A stretch of DNA of 12,579 bases from a virus (lineage: Duplodnaviria > Heunggongvirae > Uroviricota > Caudoviricetes). The stretch's first letter is position 1. The number at the start of each line of letters is the position of its first letter. The DNA lies in the IMG/VR virus record IMGVR_UViG_3300014625_000033; one strand, 5' to 3'. Positions 8,064 through 12,579 of this stretch are shown in pieces. The translations under genes and the position numbers were made by a program. The notes under the pieces are model-generated. The model had not been told where the DNA came from, did no database searches, and worked only from the letters and a program-made list of their open reading frames with translations.

Positions 8064-8471
8064 ATGGATACAAGAACCCTAGGCCAGCGAGTTCTGGCGC
8101 GACGAAAAGAATTACGCTTAACACAACGAGAAGCTGCGCGCCTCGCTGGAGTTGCTCACGTCACAATTTCACAATGGGAAAGAGACGAAACCCAGCCAGT
8201 CGGAAAACGATTGTTTGCTTTAGCGGATGCTCTGAAGTGCTCACCTACATGGCTAATGTTTGGTGACGAAGACAAGGCACCAGTGCCTGCACAAGAACTT
8301 CATGTGGAAACAGAGCTAACTCCCAACCACAAAGAATTGATCGAATTATTCGATGCTCTTCCATCTTCCGAGCAGGAAGCCTTGCTGTCTGAAATGCGCG
8401 CAAGAGTAGAAAACTTCAACAAACTCTTCGAAGAAATGCTTAAAGCGCGTAAAAATAAATCAATAAAATAA
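8064..8471 (+). CDS. dicA: DicA-type prophage repressor (HTH_XRE / cI-like), 135 aa
   Basis: N-terminal HTH (LTQREAARLAGVAHVTISQWER) and the segment KRLFALADALKCSPTWLMFGDEDK...NFNKLFEEMLKAR resemble DicA as I recall it. Weak or absent SD suggests a near-leaderless mRNA, like lambda cI from PRM. Confidence 0.85.
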   Translation: MDTRTLGQRVLARRKELRLTQREAARLAGVAHVTISQWERDETQPVGKRLFALADALKCSPTWLMFGDEDKAPVPAQELHVETELTPNHKELIELFDALPSSEQEALLSEMRARVENFNKLFEEMLKARKNKSIK

Positions 8472-8506
8472 CATTCTTTTCAAGTGATTAGTTGCGCCCA
8501 CTCTTT

Positions 8507-8526
8507 TTGTTAGATCAATCTAACAA
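8507..8526. promoter_or_regulatory. Second operator-like palindrome TTGTTAGA-tcaa-TCTAACAA upstream of the ydfA-dicB operon; degenerate third copy at about 8544..8560 (TGTTAG-N5-TCTAAA)
   Basis: 8-bp perfect inverted repeat with the same half-site as 7997..8014, located between the dicA stop and ydfA. Consistent with repressor control of the dicB operon promoter. Confidence 0.55.
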
Positions 8527-8639
8527 AAAACACTTGCCTCTCGTGTTAGGTTATTCTAAATTACTTTCCATCAAGACACCGCACGGTGTTCTCAGCAAAC
8601 AGTTCCGCGACCCCGGCGTTAAGGGGAAATGAGGTCAGC

Positions 8640-8792
8640 ATGGATACTATCGATCTTGGCAACAGCGAATCTCTGGTATGTGGCGTGTTCCCCAACCAGG
8701 ACGGTACGTTCACCGCGATGACATATACCAAAAGCAAAACGTTTAAAACCGAATCTGGCGCGCGTTGCTGGTTAGCCAGAAACACTGACTGA
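8640..8792 (+). CDS. ydfA: YdfA-like small protein (DUF1391), 50 aa from ATG at 8640
   Basis: MDTIDLGNSESLVCGVFPNQDGTFTAMTYTKSKTFKTESGARCWLARNTD; SD GAGG 5 nt upstream. The ORF-track start at 8586 is GTG and lacks an SD. Confidence 0.7.
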   Translation: MDTIDLGNSESLVCGVFPNQDGTFTAMTYTKSKTFKTESGARCWLARNTD

Positions 8793-9169
8793 TGAGGCTG
8801 ACGATGGAATTTAAAGATTTACCGTCTGATGTACAGAAAACAGCAGCTCATACATTGCATTCTGTGCTGCGAGAAATCGGGAAAGATATTGCAAGCGAGC
8901 CAGCAAAAGATCTGGCCCGGAAAATCAAGACCGCTTTCGTTGAGCTTTGTAATGTTGGCACTGACTCTGAAACTGTCGAGACCAAGACCGTAAGTTCACC
9001 AATATTCTCACTTGAGCCAGGCGTATTATCAGGTGAAATATGCACCGAGATTTCCAGCGAACTGCTTCCGGTAATACGAGAAGCAATTTGCCGTCGCGGT
9101 TTGGATGGAAGTTACGATCATGACGTCCTGCAAGTTCTCAGGACAATGGTGACTTCACTGGGGATTTGA
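8792..9169 (+). CDS. YdfB/YdfC-region hypothetical protein, 125 aa (alternative start ATG 8804 with SD GAGG, 121 aa)
   Basis: Intact ORF; ATG 8792 overlaps the ydfA stop (TGATG). K-12 has two short ORFs (ydfB, ydfC) here; this looks like a single longer reading frame. Confidence 0.55.
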   Translation: MRLTMEFKDLPSDVQKTAAHTLHSVLREIGKDIASEPAKDLARKIKTAFVELCNVGTDSETVETKTVSSPIFSLEPGVLSGEICTEISSELLPVIREAICRRGLDGSYDHDVLQVLRTMVTSLGI

Positions 9170-9338
9170 TCCCTGCGTCCTCTAACCTTTTGATATAGCG
9201 GTCCTCCAAGAAGCGGTAAATTTTGTCGAAATCATCTTTCCCCTCTGGTTTATTCAGAGGATTACAGGACCCGTAAGTAGCGGCATACATTTCAACCGTT
9301 TTATCAAAAATATAAGAGACAAATTCTTCTTTAGTCAT
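9138..9338 (-). CDS. Small hypothetical protein, 66 aa (MTKEEFVSYIFDKTVEMYAATYGSCNPLNKPEGKDDFDKIYRFLEDRYIKRLEDAGIKSPVKSPLS), antisense to the dicB operon
   Basis: ATG at 9338 with good SD (AAGAAGGA, 7-nt spacing). Hydrophilic, non-repetitive sequence. Its 3' end overlaps the upstream + strand CDS by 32 nt. No homolog recognised. Confidence 0.4.
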   Translation of the reverse strand: MTKEEFVSYIFDKTVEMYAATYGSCNPLNKPEGKDDFDKIYRFLEDRYIKRLEDAGIKSPVKSPLS

Positions 9339-9613
9339 ATAGATTTCCTTCTTGGTTATTCGGAATAAGAAGGATACCACCTCGCCTGACGTGGTTAAAA
9401 GCAGGCACACAACACGAAAGCGCACGGCGAAGTTCGTCTCACTGTACAGTGTCGTTAAATTTAATTCGACCGTGCGCTTCCGGTTGTGGCAACCCGCGAA
9501 ATGGCGCGGCGGTAAGTATGGCGGGGTTATTCCTTCCCCGTTGAGGACACCGAGTTGTCAGGTTGACCATACGCTTAAGTGACAACCCCGCTGCAACGCC
9601 CTCTGTTATCAAT

Positions 9614-9671
9614 TTTCTGGTGACGTTTGGCGGTATCAGTTTTACTCCGTGACTGCTCTGCCGCCGTTTTT
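9614..9671 (+). ncRNA. dicF: DicF small regulatory RNA (Hfq-dependent, represses ftsZ translation)
   Basis: Sequence TTTCTGGTGACGTTTGGCGGTATCAGTTTTACTCCGTGACTGCTCTGCCGCCGTTTTT matches the E. coli DicF sequence I recall almost base for base, including the terminal hairpin and U-tract. Confidence 0.9.
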
Positions 9672-9840
9672 AAAGTGAATTTTGTGATGCGGTGAATGCG
9701 GCTAAGCGCACGCGGAACAGTTAAAACCAAAAACAGTGTTATGGGTGGATTCTCTGTATCCGGCGTTAATTGTTAACTGGTTAACGTCACCTGGAGGCAC
9801 CAGGCACTGCATCACAAAATTCATTGTTGAGGACGCGATA

Positions 9841-10029
9841 ATGAAAACGTTATTACCAAACGTTAATACGTCTGAAGGTTGTTTTGAAATTGGTGTCACT
9901 ATCAGTAACCCTGTATTTACTGAAGATGCCATTAACAAGAGAAAACAAGAACGGGAGCTATTAAATAAAATATGCATTGTTTCAATGCTGGCTCGTTTAC
10001 GTCTGATGCCAAAAGGATGTGCACAATGA
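9841..10029 (+). CDS. dicB: Cell-division inhibitor DicB, 62 aa
   Basis: MKTLLPNVNTSEGCFEIGVTISNPVFTEDAINKRKQERELLNKICIVSMLARLRLMPKGCAQ matches DicB as I recall it. SD GAGGA 6 nt upstream. The ORF-track extension upstream (from 9736) is leader, not coding. Confidence 0.9.
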   Translation: MKTLLPNVNTSEGCFEIGVTISNPVFTEDAINKRKQERELLNKICIVSMLARLRLMPKGCAQ

Positions 10030-10217
10030 ATTCAGCATTTGCGCTTGTTCTGACAGTTTTTCTTGTTTCCGGAGAGCCAGTTGATATTGCAGTCAGTGTT
10101 CACAGGACAATGCAGGAGTGTATGACTGCAGCAACCGAACAGAAAATTCCCGGTAACTGTTACCCGGTCGATAAAGTTATTCACCAGGATAATATCGAAA
10201 TCCCGGCAGGTCTTTAA
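10026..10217 (+). CDS. ydfD: YdfD small membrane protein (reported lysis-inducing protein of Qin), 63 aa
   Basis: MNSAFALVLTVFLVSGEPVDIAVSVHRTMQECMTAATEQKIPGNCYPVDKVIHQDNIEIPAGL; N-terminal TM segment. Its ATG overlaps the dicB stop (ATGA). Confidence 0.85.
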   Translation: MNSAFALVLTVFLVSGEPVDIAVSVHRTMQECMTAATEQKIPGNCYPVDKVIHQDNIEIPAGL

Positions 10218-10310
10218 AACAGTTCCGTAATAAATATCCGGTTTCATTCTTATATGCCAGCAATGGCAGGGATTTGTTCATCCTTAAATCTGTCATGAGG
10301 TTAAAACAAA

Positions 10311-10940
10311 ATGAGTAAAGTCTTTATTTGCGCCGCTATTTCTGACGAACTGGCAACAAGGGAAGAAGGCGCTGTGGCTGTAGCCACAGCCATTGAAGCT
10401 GGCGACGAACGCCGTGCTCGAGCAAAATTTCACTGGCAGTTCCTGGAACATTATCCGGCTGCTCAGGACTGCGCTTATAAATTTATTGTCTGCGAGGATA
10501 AACCTGGCATACCCCGCCCTGCCCTCGATTCATGGGATGCTGAATATATGCAGGAAAACCGCTGGGATGAGGAGTCTGCTTCTTTTGTCCCGGTTATGAC
10601 CGATGAAATCCCGTTAGATGATGCACTGTTACAATTGCGGGAATTTATCGACGAAAACTCCGGTGAATTTTTTGTTCATGTCTGGGGAAATGGAGCCAAC
10701 TTCGACAACACGATTTTGCGCCGTTCATACGAACGGCAGGGGATCCCCTGCCCGTGGCGTTACTACAACGATCGCGATGTACGCACAATCGTTGAGCTGG
10801 GGAAAGCCATAGACTTCGATGCCAGAACGGCTATTCCATTCGAAGGTGAGCGCCATAATGCACTTGATGACGCCCGTTACCAGGCAAAATACGTTTCAGC
10901 TATCTGGCAAAAACTGATCCCGAGTCAGGCTGATTCTTAA
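10311..10940 (+). CDS. ydfE: YdfE-like protein, 209 aa, with C-terminal DnaQ-like 3'-5' exonuclease-type motifs; apparently intact
   Basis: Motifs VWGNGANFDNTIL (Exo II-like N..FD) and ERHNALDDARYQAKY (Exo III-like H-x-A-L-D-D-A). No canonical N-terminal D-x-E Exo I motif was seen. Position after ydfD matches K-12 ydfE, which I recall as disrupted there. Confidence 0.7.
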   Translation: MSKVFICAAISDELATREEGAVAVATAIEAGDERRARAKFHWQFLEHYPAAQDCAYKFIVCEDKPGIPRPALDSWDAEYMQENRWDEESASFVPVMTDEIPLDDALLQLREFIDENSGEFFVHVWGNGANFDNTILRRSYERQGIPCPWRYYNDRDVRTIVELGKAIDFDARTAIPFEGERHNALDDARYQAKYVSAIWQKLIPSQADS

Positions 10941-11012
10941 TGTTCAACTGTCGCCGGTTGTGACTGGTATTCTGCAACCGGCGCTCGTCTGATGTAAGAG
11001 ATAAAGAAATCG

Positions 11013-11264
11013 ATGAGCGAAGTAATCATGATTGTCTCTCCCGGCAAATGGGTATCCGAAGAGCAGTTAATTGCGCTGAAAGGAATAAAAAAAGGTACGT
11101 TAAAAAAGGCCCGGGAAAAATCGTTTATGGAAGGAAGGGAATATAAGCATGTCGCTCATGACGGTATGCCATGGGATAACAGTCCATGCTTTTACAACCT
11201 GGAAGAAATTGATCGCTGGATTGAGCGCCAGGCATCAGCAAGACCAAGACGTCATCTTACTTGA
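11013..11264 (+). CDS. Excisionase-like small protein (putative Xis), 83 aa
   Basis: Small basic protein immediately upstream of and co-directional with the integrase; ends 35 nt before the int start. Assignment is positional plus general resemblance; weak SD. Confidence 0.5.
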   Translation: MSEVIMIVSPGKWVSEEQLIALKGIKKGTLKKAREKSFMEGREYKHVAHDGMPWDNSPCFYNLEEIDRWIERQASARPRRHLT

Positions 11265-11298
11265 CTAAAAGCCACACTAACTAATGAGAGAAGTTGAA

Positions 11299-12579
11299 AT
11301 GAAATATCCGACAGGCGTGGAAAACCATGGAGGGAAATTACGTATCTGGTTTGTTTATAAAGGCGTAAGAGTCAGGGAAAACCTGGGGGTTCCTGACACA
11401 GCAAAAAACAGGCGCGTTGCAGGTGAGCTACGCGCCTCTGTTTGTTACGCAATAAAAACTGGTGTTTTCGACTATGCAAAACAGTTTCCCTCCTCACGCA
11501 ATCTGGAAAAATTTGGTGAGGCCCGACAAGATTTAACCATAAAAGAACTGGCTGAAAAATTTCTGGCACTGAAAGAAACTGAAGTCGCAAAAACATCACT
11601 CAACACATACCGTGCCGTCATCAAAAATATCCTGAGCATAATCGGTGAAAAAAATCTTGCCTCATCGATTAATAAAGAAAAATTACTGGAGGTTCGTAAA
11701 GAGCTACTGACTGGATACCAGATCCCCAAAAGTAACTATATTGTTACACAACCAGGGAGATCGGCTGTAACTGTAAATAATTACATGACAAATCTTAACG
11801 CCGTGTTCCAGTTTGGTGTTGATAACGGTTACCTGGCAGATAACCCGTTTAAGGGGATCTCGCCATTAAAGGAATCAAGAACCATTCCGGATCCTCTTTC
11901 GCGGGAGGAATTCATCCGTCTTATCGATGCGTGCAGAAATCAGCAAGCCAAAAATTTATGGTGTGTTTCTGTTTATACTGGCGTTCGCCCTGGTGAGCTG
12001 TGTGCACTTGGATGGGAGGACATAGATCTGAAAAATGGAACAATGATGATCAGGAGAAATTTAGCAAAAGACCGTTTCACGGTCCCAAAAACACAGGCGG
12101 GAACCAATCGGGTCATTCATCTTATTAAGCCAGCAATCGACGCTCTCCGGAGTCAGATGACATTAACGAGACTGAGCAAAGAGCATATCATTGATGTTCA
12201 CCTCAGAGAGTATGGCAGAACAGAAAAACATAAATGCACCTTTGTTTTTCAACCTGAAGTGTCAGCGAGAGTAAAAAATTATGGTGACCATTTTACCGTT
12301 GACTCAATAAGGCAGATGTGGGACGCAGCGATAAAACGTGCCGGACTCCGCCATCGAAAATCATATCAGTCGAGACATACTTATGCCTGCTGGTCGCTGA
12401 CAGCTGGTGCTAACCCTGCATTTATAGCAAACCAGATGGGCCATGCAGATGCGCAAATGGTATTTCAGGTATACGGAAAATGGATGTCTGAAAACAATAA
12501 TGCACAGGTAGCTTTGTTAAATACACAGTTAAGCGAGTTTGCCCCAACCATGCCCCATAACGAAGCAATGAAAAATTAA
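11299..12579 (+). CDS. intQ: Phage integrase, tyrosine recombinase family (N-terminal arm-binding domain + C-terminal catalytic domain), 426 aa from ATG at 11299
   Basis: Catalytic-domain signatures are present (VYTGVRPGELCALGWEDIDL...; SRHTYACWSLTAGANPAFIANQMGHADAQMVFQVYGKW, i.e. R...HxxR...Y). SD GAGAGAAG before 11299. Stop TAA is at the last 3 nt of the window. Confidence 0.9.
   Translation: MKYPTGVENHGGKLRIWFVYKGVRVRENLGVPDTAKNRRVAGELRASVCYAIKTGVFDYAKQFPSSRNLEKFGEARQDLTIKELAEKFLALKETEVAKTSLNTYRAVIKNILSIIGEKNLASSINKEKLLEVRKELLTGYQIPKSNYIVTQPGRSAVTVNNYMTNLNAVFQFGVDNGYLADNPFKGISPLKESRTIPDPLSREEFIRLIDACRNQQAKNLWCVSVYTGVRPGELCALGWEDIDLKNGTMMIRRNLAKDRFTVPKTQAGTNRVIHLIKPAIDALRSQMTLTRLSKEHIIDVHLREYGRTEKHKCTFVFQPEVSARVKNYGDHFTVDSIRQMWDAAIKRAGLRHRKSYQSRHTYACWSLTAGANPAFIANQMGHADAQMVFQVYGKWMSENNNAQVALLNTQLSEFAPTMPHNEAMKN

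Noticed and set aside
8018-9045. ORFs 8018..8266 (+), 8561..8785 (-), 8848..9045 (-)
   Set aside because: Off-frame or antisense overlaps of dicA, ydfA and the ydfB/C-like gene; no independent support.
9352-9582. 76-aa Lys/Arg-rich ORF on the + strand upstream of DicF
   Set aside because: Starts with TTG, has no SD, begins inside the minus-strand small gene and covers the structured DicF precursor leader; more likely non-coding RNA leader than protein.
9702-10247. Minus-strand ORFs 9702..9977 and 10032..10247 antisense to dicB/ydfD
   Set aside because: Antisense to genes whose products match known proteins; no SD, so judged spurious.
10393-10812. ORFs 10393..10599 and 10618..10812 inside the ydfE-like gene
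   Set aside because: Alternative frames within a longer, motif-bearing ORF.
11372-11729. Minus-strand ORFs 11372..11599 and 11472..11729 inside the integrase gene
   Set aside because: Antisense to a clear tyrosine-recombinase ORF.

Overview
This window is almost entirely a Qin-like (DicA/DicB-type) defective lambdoid prophage of an Escherichia-type host, laid out in lambda order but mirrored. Reading right to left: integrase and an Xis-like gene (11.0-12.6 kb, + strand); the DicA-repressed operon ydfA, ydfB/C-like, DicF sRNA, dicB, ydfD and an intact ydfE-like gene (8.6-10.9 kb, +); the immunity switch dicA (+) / dicC (-) with palindromic operators; rem, ydfU (DUF968, HNH-like motif) and a phage-82/QuuD-type Q antiterminator (6.1-7.8 kb, -) with a candidate PR'-tR' unit; then a phage-21-type lysis cassette (pinholin with dual start, ydfR, SAR endolysin, Rz with embedded Rz1; 1.4-3.0 kb, -); then cspI, a ynfN-like gene and gnsB (-). 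No O/P-like replication module lies between dicC and Q, and no tRNA or CRISPR was seen. The best candidate for something undescribed is a 2.9-kb AT-rich cargo insertion between tR' and the holin (3.07-5.97 kb), exactly where Stx phages carry stx: an AraC/XylS-family regulator with its own terminator, a DUF523(TudS-like)-DUF1722(YbgA-like) fusion protein with conserved cysteines, and a divergently transcribed Blc-type lipocalin lipoprotein. Gene names are from my recollection of K-12 Qin proteins and from synteny; no database search was possible.
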